Source: an uncultured Nitrososphaerales archaeon (GTDB lineage Archaea; Thermoproteota; Nitrososphaeria; Nitrososphaerales; Nitrososphaeraceae). Taken from it: a DNA stretch of 64,000 bases. Each line of letters opens with the position of its first letter. Positions within the stretch are counted from its first letter, which is position 1. The stretch covers positions 480,001-544,000 of the forward strand of contig CAVQMO010000010.1 of the NCBI GenBank assembly GCA_963713605.1, in the 5' to 3' direction. The notes under the pieces are model-generated. The model saw nothing but the letters and a program-made list of their open reading frames with translations, did not search any database and was not told the origin of the DNA. Below are positions 11,540 to 21,505 of this stretch, piece by piece. Made by a program: the position numbers and the translations under genes.

Positions 11540-11839
11540 ATGAGTTTATTTCCAGACGAAGACGTTCTTACTAGAGAAATAGAGACTTGGAGAGGCTTTA
11601 TAGATAAACTCCCTTCAGACGAAGATAAAGCCATTTTGACAAAGCTGCTAAATGACTGTTACAAGTATTCTGTCGCGATAAATATTCATGCACAAGAACA
11701 TCCATTTCCAACGGAGTCATTAATTATGTCGTTGTTGTTGTCTCAACACAAAATCATTATTCATTTAAAGTCTATGATACAATCTGAACAGATTAGTAAT
11801 AGACTAATTCACATTGGCACACAAGATGACGACGAATAG
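11540..11839 (+). CDS. Hypothetical protein (small family seen in Nitrososphaeraceae)
   Basis: ATG start with TATA-like TTATAAAA upstream; IETWRGF..L..EDK..L.KLL..CY pattern. Confidence 0.7.
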   Translation: MSLFPDEDVLTREIETWRGFIDKLPSDEDKAILTKLLNDCYKYSVAINIHAQEHPFPTESLIMSLLLSQHKIIIHLKSMIQSEQISNRLIHIGTQDDDE

Positions 11840-11981
11840 ACTTCAGGCAACCGCTACAAATTGTCAGATATCAGTTCATAGCAATTGAAACTATTTCGGC
11901 ATAGGCATATGTCCACACTAATGACTATCTCATTCTATACATTTCCAAAAAAAGAGATTATTGACTAGGTCAGCAAAATCT

Positions 11982-12293
11982 TCAGTTGGAAGCACTTTTC
12001 AATGTATTTCTAACTGCTTTAGACATATTTTTATGAGCTGCTCTGTTTAATTCTAGTGCTTCTTCTCCGTAGGCCTGCAGACCATATTGTGCGCCGTCAC
12101 TGCAGGTTATTTCTACAAATGAATATTCTAGCCCATTAGATAGACGTGATAAACTTACAGATATTTCGCTTAAAACGCACGAGCGGAGCAATTCATTCAG
12201 TGCTTCTACACTGTTGCTGTAGCCAACAGACGTAGGCGGTAGTGTTTCTTGAGCCAATATGTATAACGTATGTGGGGGGGAATAAATTAACAA
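11982..12293 (-). CDS. Hypothetical protein
   Basis: Protein-like ORF (YSFVEITCSDGAQYGLQAYGEEALEL); start uncertain. Confidence 0.6.
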   Translation of the reverse strand: MLIYSPPHTLYILAQETLPPTSVGYSNSVEALNELLRSCVLSEISVSLSRLSNGLEYSFVEITCSDGAQYGLQAYGEEALELNRAAHKNMSKAVRNTLKSASN

Positions 12294-13234
12294 TATTCAA
12301 AAACAGTTATGAAGAATCATGACGAGCTCTTACAAATCGATAGCGAGCTTTTTAATCAAAAAAGTCGGCTCCGGTATATCTCCAACTGCTAACTGCTGCA
12401 TCAAAAACAAATTCATATCCGCCTTGACAACAAATAGTAATGCTTGGATTATCATTCGGTAATATGATATTTGGCCGTTGTTTATTCTTATTTGATGAGT
12501 GTCGCTAATTCCAAACAAAATCAAATACTGCCCATCTACTCCGTCGAGTATACCATTCTCCGTAAATGTAGTAATGCCAGCGCCGCTACCAGCCACTCTT
12601 ATTACTGTTGCAATTGGATCTATCGGAATTTAAGATTCGTGAGAATGCAGCAGAGCATGCTGTTAAAGATCATATATACAAGGAAGATATCATGACGCCA
12701 GAAATGAAAGAAAAATAAAATAACATATCCGGAGTCATGAGTTGTAATTCCAACAACACATTGTAATCTAATCTCTACATAGCTCTTTGAAAGTTAGATT
12801 GACTTGAAGTCTGTCACTTGTATTATCTATTATAAATGGCCGAGAAATACCGAGAATAAATTCTTGTCAAGATCCAAAGCGAAAGTATTGATTTATGAGA
12901 TACGCAAACCCAATTAGAGCAAAAAATCCAGAAAGAGCCAACGTGAATTTAAGTAATTCTTTTTTCAATATCCATACTATGTTTTCACTTTGTTTTTAAG
13001 CGTATTTCATGTATCTTTTAGCAGAATTGATGGTCATTCAATTTTATACGATTGTACTGGATCATTTCAGTCTTATCTATATTTTCAGACCCATTCATGA
13101 TTATAATTTCATTTAACTCGTTTGTTTTTGAAATTCGCAGTACTATTAGATATCACTAGTACTAGTTCCGGTACTTTCTAATAGGTAGATGAATCAAATC
13201 ATCTAAAATCCAGCATCGTACTTGATCCACTGTA

Positions 13235-13426
13235 TTGCATTGGACCGAAAATTGTATTTGCAATGAGTGGAAAATAGAATTAATTAAGATAGATAATTCA
13301 AGAACTGAGCTTCGGTGTAGTATATGTCACGGTCTGATTGGTTGGTGGGATGAGCCGCAACGCATAAAGAAGATAATGCCATTCAAGCGAGCTTGGCCTG
13401 AAGAAGAATGTTTGGCCATGTGCTAG
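13235..13426 (+). CDS. Small Zn-ribbon-like 'HWTE' protein upstream of the peptide array
   Basis: H-x4-C-x-C...C-x2-C; paralogue at 29859-30065 conserves the protein sequence. Confidence 0.75.
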   Translation: MHWTENCICNEWKIELIKIDNSRTELRCSICHGLIGWWDEPQRIKKIMPFKRAWPEEECLAMC

Positions 13427-13439
13427 TTAAAATAGAAAA

Positions 13440-13452
13440 GATATCTGATTTA
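13440..13452 (+). promoter_or_regulatory. Imperfect palindrome GATATCTGATTTA upstream of peptide gene 1
   Basis: Same motif at the same distance (58-62 bp) before four paralogous genes. Confidence 0.6.
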
Positions 13453-13509
13453 AATGAGAGCCCGATTTTTCACAATGCAGATAAGAATGATTCTCTCGCT
13501 TGCTATTAA

Positions 13510-13752
13510 ATGAATACCAAATACATGGTTATTGTAGCAGCAATGGCAGTAATGCTAGTTGGTGCGACAGCTCTTGCAACGGAAGACGCATTTGCTGGGG
13601 GTAAGAAGAGAGAATACAATCAAGCGACATCTCAGGCCAACGCCTGTGGAAATGGTGAATTGCCATTGAACGTGTTCTGTCAAAACATTGGCTCACAAGT
13701 TCAAGGCGATGAAAACGCAGTAGCAGCCAGTGGCAGCCAAAGCACAGATTAA
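13510..13752 (+). CDS. Secreted Q/N-rich two-Cys peptide, copy 1
   Basis: Signal peptide ending AFA; NQATSQANACGNGELPLNVFCQNIGSQVQGDEN. Confidence 0.9.
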   Translation: MNTKYMVIVAAMAVMLVGATALATEDAFAGGKKREYNQATSQANACGNGELPLNVFCQNIGSQVQGDENAVAASGSQSTD

Positions 13753-13765
13753 AACAAATCAGCAT

Positions 13766-13779
13766 CTCTTTCTTTTTTT
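13766..13779 (+). terminator. T-rich archaeal terminator after peptide gene 1
   Basis: Pyrimidine/T tract directly after the stop; similar tracts follow copies 2, 3 and 5. Confidence 0.5.
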
Positions 13780-13815
13780 GTCGTCTGGCTGGTAACACTT
13801 AGATCTAATAGAAAA

Positions 13816-13828
13816 AATATCAGATTTA
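13816..13828 (+). promoter_or_regulatory. Imperfect palindrome AATATCAGATTTA upstream of peptide gene 2
   Basis: Identical to the motif at 30079-30091. Confidence 0.6.
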
Positions 13829-13889
13829 TGATATCGTCTCTCTACTTGCTTAATTTAGATAAACTTCACTCTCTCATTAGGCTATCAGT

Positions 13890-14151
13890 ATGAATACAAA
13901 GTATTTCGTAATTGTTGGAGCGATACCAGCTATGCTCATCGGAGCTACAGCATTTGCAACAACAGACAGTGCATTTGCCGGAGGCAAGAAAAAATATGAA
14001 AAAAATCAAGTGATCTCACAGACTAACGCTTGTGGAAATGATGAACTACCACTAAATATTGGATGTCAAAACATTGATCCCCAGATTCAAGGCGATGAAA
14101 ATCAAGTAGCTCTCAGCAGCAGATCAAGCATTCCCATCCATAGCGCCATAA
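13890..14151 (+). CDS. Secreted Q/N-rich two-Cys peptide, copy 2 (+1 frameshift near 14114; corrected C-terminus VALAADQAFPSIAP*)
   Basis: Same motif; the alternative frame restores AADQxFP as seen in copy 5. Confidence 0.85.
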
Positions 14152-14219
14152 CAGATAGCTCCACAACGTTCTTCTTTTGATCCTTTTGTTAGCTGTATTT
14201 TCCATATATTGATGGAACA

Positions 14220-14232
14220 TAAATCAGATTTA
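14220..14232 (+). promoter_or_regulatory. Perfect palindrome TAAATC-A-GATTTA upstream of peptide gene 3
   Basis: 6-1-6 inverted repeat, 59 bp before the ATG. Confidence 0.6.
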
Positions 14233-14290
14233 ATTTAGTGCTTGATCTTTCTTAAGATAGAAAAGTAATACGCCTATTACCATTGATAAT

Positions 14291-14524
14291 ATGAACACAA
14301 AATATTTCGTAATTGTTGCAGCAGTGGCGTTAATGTTAGTTGGTGCAACGGCACTCTCTACTACAGATAGCGCATTTGCTGATAAGAAATACGAGAAGAG
14401 TCAAGCTGCATCTCAAGTAAATGATTGTGGTAATGGTGAATTACCATTGAACGTCTTCTGTCAAAATCTATTATCTCAAATACAAGGTGATGGAAACGCA
14501 GCTAACATAATTGGAGTGCAATAA
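14291..14524 (+). CDS. Secreted Q/N-rich two-Cys peptide, copy 3
   Basis: Signal ending AFA; SQAASQVNDCGNGELPLNVFCQNLLSQIQGDGNAA. Confidence 0.9.
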   Translation: MNTKYFVIVAAVALMLVGATALSTTDSAFADKKYEKSQAASQVNDCGNGELPLNVFCQNLLSQIQGDGNAANIIGVQ

Positions 14525-14736
14525 CAAGCAGACCGGAAGCCGACTATCACCTTTTTTTTGATTTTGAACTTGATGTGAAATTATAGCGTCCTATGATTGA
14601 TGAGGTAATAATGACTAGTCTGAAATATCTAAGATTTTTTTGTTAAATATGATAGAATAGTTATATGACTACTGTATTCTATTGTTTTTTCTTAATTGAC
14701 ATTAACGCCAAGCAACATACTATCTGTTGACAGAGT

Positions 14737-15024
14737 ATGAATTATAATGCAATAGCTATAGCTATATTTGGACTGAGTATGATCCTAATAGCTTTGAATT
14801 CACCTATCTCTACCCATTTAGTGTTTGCAGGTGGTTATGAGAAGAGTCAAGTTATATCTCAAGTTAATGAATGCGGAAACTATTGGTTTCCAGTGAATAT
14901 AATATGCTCTAACTTAAACTCCCAGACCCAAGGTGAAGAAAATAATGTCGCAATAGCCACAACCCCAGAGAGCGGAAGCACAGATTCTAACTCCAACACA
15001 AATTACGGTACTCCATTTCCGTAG
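14737..15024 (+). CDS. Secreted Q/N-rich two-Cys peptide, divergent copy 4
   Basis: Signal ending VFA; SQVISQVNECGNYWFPVNIICSNLNSQTQGEEN plus S/T/N tail. Confidence 0.85.
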   Translation: MNYNAIAIAIFGLSMILIALNSPISTHLVFAGGYEKSQVISQVNECGNYWFPVNIICSNLNSQTQGEENNVAIATTPESGSTDSNSNTNYGTPFP

Positions 15025-15239
15025 AGCTTTATTGGCTAAAAAGCAACCCATAGAATACGATACTACTCCGCAACTTAGCACCATGGAAACTAAAGTCTCA
15101 TGTACTTAGAACTATAGCAGTGAATTAGGGGTTAATTTTCGTTCAATCGTAATCTGAAGAAATAGTATAGAGATTCACAAATTGTTACTATCTATGGAAT
15201 GTAGTAGTAATGAGTTTTCATTTCACTCAGCAATATCAG

Positions 15240-15425
15240 CTTCTAATAATGGTGTGTTTGTTGTCTGGGGAGAAGGTACTGACCCAAACTTCCATACAAA
15301 CATTCTTTTCAAGAGTAGCGCTACAGACTGGATCCATATTTGACCGAACAATAAGTCTCACTAACCATCAGGGTAATCCAGGCGTACAGTCAAACAGTCC
15401 AGCAATATCATCTTCTGCATCGTAG
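15240..15425 (+). pseudogene. Remnant of a BNR/sialidase-like repeat protein
   Basis: VFVVW..., FFSR...GSIF..TISLTN..GN...S..PAISSS fragments across frames. Confidence 0.4.
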
Positions 15426-15708
15426 TGCTCCAAATCTACCAATGACCGAGTAAGCGAGTAAACGAATAAATCGGACATTAAGAATGATTGAAGAGAAACA
15501 GAATGGACGCTGCATTTCTTGTAAAGATCATCTTGTTGTTCGCAGTGGACGACCAAGAAATTAATATAGTCTACCCATCGGTTGAATTTCATTATAAAAT
15601 AAATTACAAAATAGCAGCTAGTATCAGTCGGTAACAATAACCAATATGACTGTAACAAGTGATAACAGATCGAAAAAGCTTTGTAGCGCTCATTGCCAAT
15701 AGAATATA

Positions 15709-16032
15709 TTGCAAGTGGTATTAAACAAGCAAGAAAAAGAACATCTTGTGGTCAAGCTGTATCACGAAGGTAAGTCAATTCGGGAGATAGCACAGCAAGC
15801 GCATTTATCTTTTGGGACCATAGGCAAGATCGTTAGACGAATAAATAGCCAAGATGAAGATGAAACTGTACCGAATGATATGATTAATAAAAGCAAAGAA
15901 ACTCAGGCATTGAATCTCTTCTTGCAAGGTAAGCGCCCCGTCGACGTTGCTATAGAATTAGATCTCAGCAAGGTAGAGAATATATTACAAGAATTTTGGG
16001 TATTGAACAAGCTAGACGAACTTGCCAATTAG
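15709..16032 (+). pseudogene. Truncated double-HTH protein of a multicopy family
   Basis: LY.EGKSIREIAQQAHLSF..IGKI and ALNLF.QGKRPVDVAIELDL; ends abruptly. Confidence 0.65.
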
Positions 16033-16103
16033 AGTCGAATCCAATACTGAACAAGTCGACCGTGGAATCTCCAATAAGAACTAAATAGCCAGTTTAGATT
16101 TAA

Positions 16104-16376
16104 TTAGATCTCAAATTCTTTCACAGTATTTTCTGATATATTAAAATAAACTTGGTTCTCATCATAACGGTGAACCTTAGTTTTTGGAATCAAAAATACG
16201 TGTTCTTTTTTATTTTCACCATCTATTACAACAAGCTTATCTTTGTATTCCGCAAACACTCTTCCAATTTCTCTACCTTGGATGATATTTTTGTTAGTTT
16301 CATTATAGTTTATGATAGCAGAAGCTCTATGAGATGCATAATACTCTACTAATAAATCATCTCTATTATCTCTCAT
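16104..16376 (-). CDS. Small PRC-barrel-like protein, paralogue 1
   Basis: IGRVFAE..DKLVVID....VFLIPK..V..YD. Confidence 0.6.
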   Translation of the reverse strand: MRDNRDDLLVEYYASHRASAIINYNETNKNIIQGREIGRVFAEYKDKLVVIDGENKKEHVFLIPKTKVHRYDENQVYFNISENTVKEFEI

Positions 16377-16514
16377 TCCAAAAGTTATTCATAAAAGTAT
16401 ATAATCATTATATTTGGTTTATTTCAAATTCATAGACGGCAGTATAAGAAATATCAATAAATTAACATCTATGACTTTCCGGCCATATATCGAATAAAAT
16501 AGTGGTGTTGTCAA

Positions 16515-16895
16515 CTACATCTCAAATTCTTTCAGAGAATTTTCTGAGATGTTAATATCTACCCGCTTATCACCGTAATAATCGATACTTTTCTTGGGGA
16601 TCAAATATACATGAGCTTTCTTAAAAACATCATCAACTATTATTAGTCTATTTTTGGATTCTGCGATCACCGTTCCAATTTCTCTGTCTTTATTATGAGA
16701 CAAGAAAGCTGAAGCACTATAAAAAGTATAGTTTCCCAATGAATCACCAATACTGACTATATTGCTTTTCATAGTGAAACACTGGGAAATATCCATAAAA
16801 GTATATAACCGTTGGTAAGTTTCGTGCGCTTTTATAGAATAATTGATCTTTGGTGTAATCACGACAGCAATAAGAACAAAGCCGCTTTTAGACAA
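16515..16895 (-). CDS. Small PRC-barrel-like protein, paralogue 2 (true start probably near 16772)
   Basis: Clearly homologous to 16104-16376 (IGTVIAE...YLIPK...NISENSLKEFE). Confidence 0.6.
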   Translation of the reverse strand: MSKSGFVLIAVVITPKINYSIKAHETYQRLYTFMDISQCFTMKSNIVSIGDSLGNYTFYSASAFLSHNKDREIGTVIAESKNRLIIVDDVFKKAHVYLIPKKSIDYYGDKRVDINISENSLKEFEM

Positions 16896-17079
16896 ACTGC
16901 ATATGTAGTCTCAAGAGCATTTGTAGCCATGAGCATCTGAAATATCCATCAATCGCTAAAATAGATTCAGGATCTATCCACATTTCCAGAAACTATATCG
17001 AGCACTTTTAAGAGTAGACTTTTGTACCAGTGAGGGACATATGACCGCAAAATAACAGATAATAAAAACTGTAGCAATT

Positions 17080-17559
17080 CTAGGGAATTTGAAAAACATC
17101 TACTTTATCGATTGCAATTTCTTCCACTATTTCAGACCATTCGACACGATATATGTTATCTAATGCTCTAATATTCTGCAGGATTTGATGTAATTCCTGC
17201 GACGATTTGTAGCGTATCTGGGCACCCAAATTAATCTCTGGGCTGCCTATTCGCAATGATGCACTCACGATATTTTTGCTGTTTTCTTGCACGATATTGC
17301 TGGCAGTTGAATGCGGATCACCACCATTATTCATGCCGATCAAAAGATCAGCTATTCTCCAGCCAAATGTGCTAAGATCTATACTATACATCTTATTCAG
17401 GATGGATCTTTCTAGGGCGGCTCTTCTTCTTTGAACCGTTGATAGCGGAGCTTCTATCTTTTCTGAAATATGTTTACTTGATAAATGGGGGTCGTGAATT
17501 AACTCGTTTATGATACTCTTGTCTATTCTATCCATCGAAGCTCTGTTATTATTTTGCAC
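17080..17559 (-). CDS. Lrp/AsnC family regulator
   Basis: MDRIDKSIINEL..DP..SS..ISEK...PLSTVQRRR..LE HTH. Confidence 0.85.
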   Translation of the reverse strand: MQNNNRASMDRIDKSIINELIHDPHLSSKHISEKIEAPLSTVQRRRAALERSILNKMYSIDLSTFGWRIADLLIGMNNGGDPHSTASNIVQENSKNIVSASLRIGSPEINLGAQIRYKSSQELHQILQNIRALDNIYRVEWSEIVEEIAIDKVDVFQIP

Positions 17560-17973
17560 AAATTTCCCTTCGATGATAGATTGTACATCACGCCATAATA
17601 GGGGTTTGGGTAGAATGAGAGCATTTCTTGACTCTTCTAAGCATTTAGAGCATCTTATTTGAGTAAATTATCTACACTGATATGACAATTAACCGGCAGA
17701 ATAGCTAAACAGAGGTTACGGCGCAACTAAAATGCCATCGACAGTACCGTCAGCCCATCGAACAATATCACAATCACAGCTCATTGATTACAATCGGATA
17801 ACTGAAAAGTTAGCAGCCGCAAGCAGCGATGGCGAAGTTTAATGGCAAATGGATCGATATCTATTTCATAAGCATTAGAAGGCAACGGTATTCGATGTAA
17901 TCTCCAACCTTTAAATGGAAATATACACCATTAATTACCAACACTTATATACCCACCTAGATAGAGTAACGAC

Positions 17974-18610
17974 ATGTCAAAGAGAGAACAAGACAAAGTC
18001 TATCGAAGACACCAAAAAGGTCGCTGAACAAGCGAAAAGCGTAGAAGATAAACTCGATGCAGCCGTAGCATTGCAAGAAATTGGACAACGACAAGTGACA
18101 GCACAAGAATTTCAATCTACAATTGAACGTTCACTAGATGAAACAAAAAAGAATTTAAGAAAATCAATAGATGAAGCAAAAAGTCAAGTTCCACAATATG
18201 CAAACGTTGTTAAAAACTATGAAGAACAAGCACTCGAATCAACTGGAAAAATGGTCGAAGATTTTATCGAAACTCAAAAGACGGTAATGAATTCCATCTT
18301 TAGTTCTGCAACGCCATATTATGAGAATGTTAATAAAATGTACAATTATTGGTATTCTCCAAAAGTCTCAGCAGAGACATATATCAGATCTGTCAACAAT
18401 ATTGCTGAAAACCTCTCAGCATCAGTAAGAATAAGCAATGACATCTTATTTGGAAATATTGAAGCTTTTGGAAACGCATTCGAACGAGCACAACGACATA
18501 CAAAAGAGCTTTCAAGAATAAATGTGGATAATGCAAAAACCATCGCAAACACAGCAAGAGAAACTGCTGCAGAGTTATCAGTTAATAGACAAAGAGAAGT
18601 TTACACATAG
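17974..18610 (+). CDS. Helical hypothetical protein, phasin-like composition; +1 frameshift near 17995
   Basis: TATA box CTTATATA at 17944-17951, ATG at 17974 (MSKREQD) out of frame by one A; SLDETK.N..KSIDEA..Q.PQY pattern. Confidence 0.7.
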
Positions 18611-18697
18611 AACTGTCTGTCAGCTAGCCATCTAGTTAGATATAACTAGATGAATTAATTATTTTTGTTCTGTGCTCATCTAGGAACGCAACCCTGT

Positions 18698-19160
18698 TCA
18701 GTGCTCAAAATCTTGAACTTCCAAAGTATCAAAGTCTGTCCACATATTCATTCCAGTAGCAACAAAAACCTGAAAGTGAAGATGTGGCAGATATGTATAC
18801 CCGGTCATACCGACTCTCAGCTATTTCTTCACCTGCTCTGACATGTTGACCAGCTTTCACTCTTGAACTATTGTAGCTTAAATGATCGTATCTTGAGTAT
18901 TCTCCATTTGAGTGCATAATTACAATGAAGTTGGTATGACTCCAATAGATTGGGTTAGATCCCCCAGTATTAGAGTCATCTTTAACAAAAGTCACTAACC
19001 CGTCAGCTGCAGCAAGAACAGATGTCTCTTCGTCAGCTATAAAATCAATTGCGTTTCGAAGGTTGCCTTGGTGAGCAGGCGATGAACTTCTATCGATACG
19101 CTGTAACTGATCTCTCGATACCGGTAGTTTATATCTATTAATAGCATTTTTACTCATCAT
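18698..19160 (-). CDS. M23-family metallopeptidase, +1 frameshift near 18815
   Basis: H-x(6)-AID, VLAAADG.V, H.NGEYSRYDHL; second frame gives VGMTGY...PHLHF. Confidence 0.9.
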
Positions 19161-19443
19161 AGGTTTTGTTTCTTATTGAGATGTCATACTGTATAACTTT
19201 TAACGGTTTTATAACTCAATTCCACTCGAAGTATTGGTTGTTGATACCCTCAGCCCATATCCGTAAAATATAACAAAAAGCGGTTGTTGGGCGCCAACTT
19301 GATCGCTCATGGGGTTGAGATTGGATATTACCATTCAATAATAAGCAATATTGAATAAAAGTATTATAATAACGTTAGACATGGTTAGCCAACAAGCTCT
19401 TTAGAAATATTCTATATATATAAAAAATAGAACGTAGCCGACT

Positions 19444-19737
19444 TCACCAATGTCTGTTGCTGCCATCTTTATCAAGGTAATCGGCGATTTCATCAAATGA
19501 CAAACCCGAGTCATTCAGATCAATCATGAAAAAATCATCATGAAGGCCAGTTTTTGCTAAGGCGGCATGTACACTCATAGTTATATCAGAATTAGGGTTA
19601 CCATCCCAGCCGAAATAAGACAAGATGACACCCATCGCGCATCTTCCGTTAATTCCATCAGTGTATTGCTCTCTGATCTGTGTATACTGCTTACCATATG
19701 TACGCAGAATCTGAGAAGCAGTCAATTCATGTTTCAA
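19444..19737 (-). CDS. Hypothetical protein
   Basis: GRCAMGVILSYFGW...LNDSGLSFDEIADYL. Confidence 0.7.
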   Translation of the reverse strand: MKHELTASQILRTYGKQYTQIREQYTDGINGRCAMGVILSYFGWDGNPNSDITMSVHAALAKTGLHDDFFMIDLNDSGLSFDEIADYLDKDGSNRHW

Positions 19738-19820
19738 TAGTTGGTTGTAAACAACAAGCTATTTAGAGACTGCAGATATACTCTCTTCGTAAAATATAAC
19801 ATCTTCTCTGATACTAGTGG

Positions 19821-20012
19821 ATGAAAACAACATCTAATCAAGTTAAATACCTTGTTGACTTGCTTATAGCAATGGTTCTCGGAACTATAGTGTACGTAAT
19901 TCTAGTTATTATTGCCATAATCATTATAATATTACTGCTAAAGTTTCTATTTCAATTGTTCTTTGTAATACCTGTTGGAACAGACTATTCTACCGATCTT
20001 CTGTATGCTTAA
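19821..20012 (+). CDS. Small membrane protein
   Basis: Long hydrophobic stretch. Confidence 0.45.
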   Translation: MKTTSNQVKYLVDLLIAMVLGTIVYVILVIIAIIIIILLLKFLFQLFFVIPVGTDYSTDLLYA

Positions 20013-20102
20013 GAGATTTTATTGCCGATGAACTAGAAATAATATTGAGTTTAATAGCGTAGTATTTGTGATAATAGTGTCTCGGACTAGAAGCTGAAGT
20101 TA

Positions 20103-20693
20103 TTACTGCCAGATTTTTACAATAACAGCATTCTCTGTAACATCGCAAGATGATTTTGTTTCAAATGCTACTTCCAACAGATATCTAGAGATCTCTTTAA
20201 TTAGATACGAATACTTCCGTCCCATGTCATGCTCAATAATAATTTTATAGATACCCCCAATGACTTCAACTCTGTGTGACATCTGTGCTATTCTTAACCA
20301 TGTTTCTGCAATCTCTGAGATTGATGCAATATTAAACCCTCCCCGTAGAAATAAACATACATCTACAAGATCATTCTTTGCCGTCTCCATGGCTAGCTCA
20401 TTTAATTCATCATTTGTGAGTTCGTTAAGCAATCTAATTAAAAATGATTTTGGCAGATAGTATAACTTGGCATGTGCTGCCATACTATGCCAATCAAGAT
20501 ATGATTTGATTATCTGGTTAACAAGTGTATTTGGAGAAATATTTCTAGTATTGGCTGCTTTACGCAGTTGCTCTAATTTTTCTTTTGATAACCGAAATGT
20601 AGCACCCTTAGTAGATTGTTTAGTTATTGTGCCGCCGGCTTCAACAGACCCAGAGAAATAACTGACCATAATTAAATATTGCACCAGATACAC
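20103..20693 (-). CDS. Ribbon-helix-helix N-terminal domain protein
   Basis: TFRL....LEQLR..A....ISPNTLVNQII..Y.DW. Confidence 0.75.
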   Translation of the reverse strand: MYLVQYLIMVSYFSGSVEAGGTITKQSTKGATFRLSKEKLEQLRKAANTRNISPNTLVNQIIKSYLDWHSMAAHAKLYYLPKSFLIRLLNELTNDELNELAMETAKNDLVDVCLFLRGGFNIASISEIAETWLRIAQMSHRVEVIGGIYKIIIEHDMGRKYSYLIKEISRYLLEVAFETKSSCDVTENAVIVKIWQ

Positions 20694-20803
20694 CGAATGC
20701 TTATTCTAAATAACATCATTTTAAATCTGTATCGACACGTGTCAGTTTTTTCGCTTCAAGAAACAAACTGGATGATGATGTCTTTCTCCGCAGCAAATAA
20801 GAT

Positions 20804-21082
20804 TTATTTGAACTTGGCTTGATCAATCCTAGCTAGTTTTTCTTCTAACGCACGACTCTTTTGATTTAGTTGTCGATCCAAGTTCGATATGATCTGTTTC
20901 TTTTCTTCAATCTTCATATGATATCGCATCTGTAACTTATCCAGTTGTAATAGACTTGAGCTTAACTTTACTATTTCATCACCTAATCGCTTCTTCTTCC
21001 ATTCCAAATCAATTGCATTGCTGCTCAGTCTTTGAAACCTGTTTTGCAATGACGGCAGATAATAGCTCGCATATCTCTGCAA
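20804..21082 (-). pseudogene. Coiled-coil fragment, possibly the C-terminal part of the 15709-type HTH family
   Basis: LPSLQNRFQRL...DLE.KK heptads; no good start. Confidence 0.35.
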
Positions 21083-21505
21083 CTTGAAGATATATTTTCT
21101 ATTTAGTATTCGATGTCTAGTACAGTTCTACACTCGTGACATAATTTAATTACAAGCTGCTCTTTGTCGTTGCTTAATGTTTGCATACTACATATTTGGA
21201 ACTGTTGTTAGATAGCTTTTTCTATTTGCTATCACCTGCTACTGCATTCAAGCGCGCTGCTACTGATTGCTACTATTTGTTATTTTATGTCGAATATACT
21301 GAGTCCATCGCGATGGATTATCGTTAGAATATCTTAGATATTGTGTTCAGACATGACAGGCAGTCAATCATAGTATATCTCCATAGTAGTACCATATTCC
21401 AGACAATACTTCAATCACACTGGTTACGTGTCAAAGCATATCAACATTGACGTGGCACTTCAGTAGAGTTAGTTTAGGTAGCTCTTTGACTGTCCATTAT
21501 CTACG

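Noticed and set aside
13510..15024. Peptide array as RiPP or bacteriocin precursors
   Set aside because: Not excluded, but the leaders look like ordinary Sec signals, the cores are conserved rather than hypervariable, and no modifying enzyme, peptidase-transporter or immunity gene is adjacent; the only radical SAM in the window is a normal MoaA
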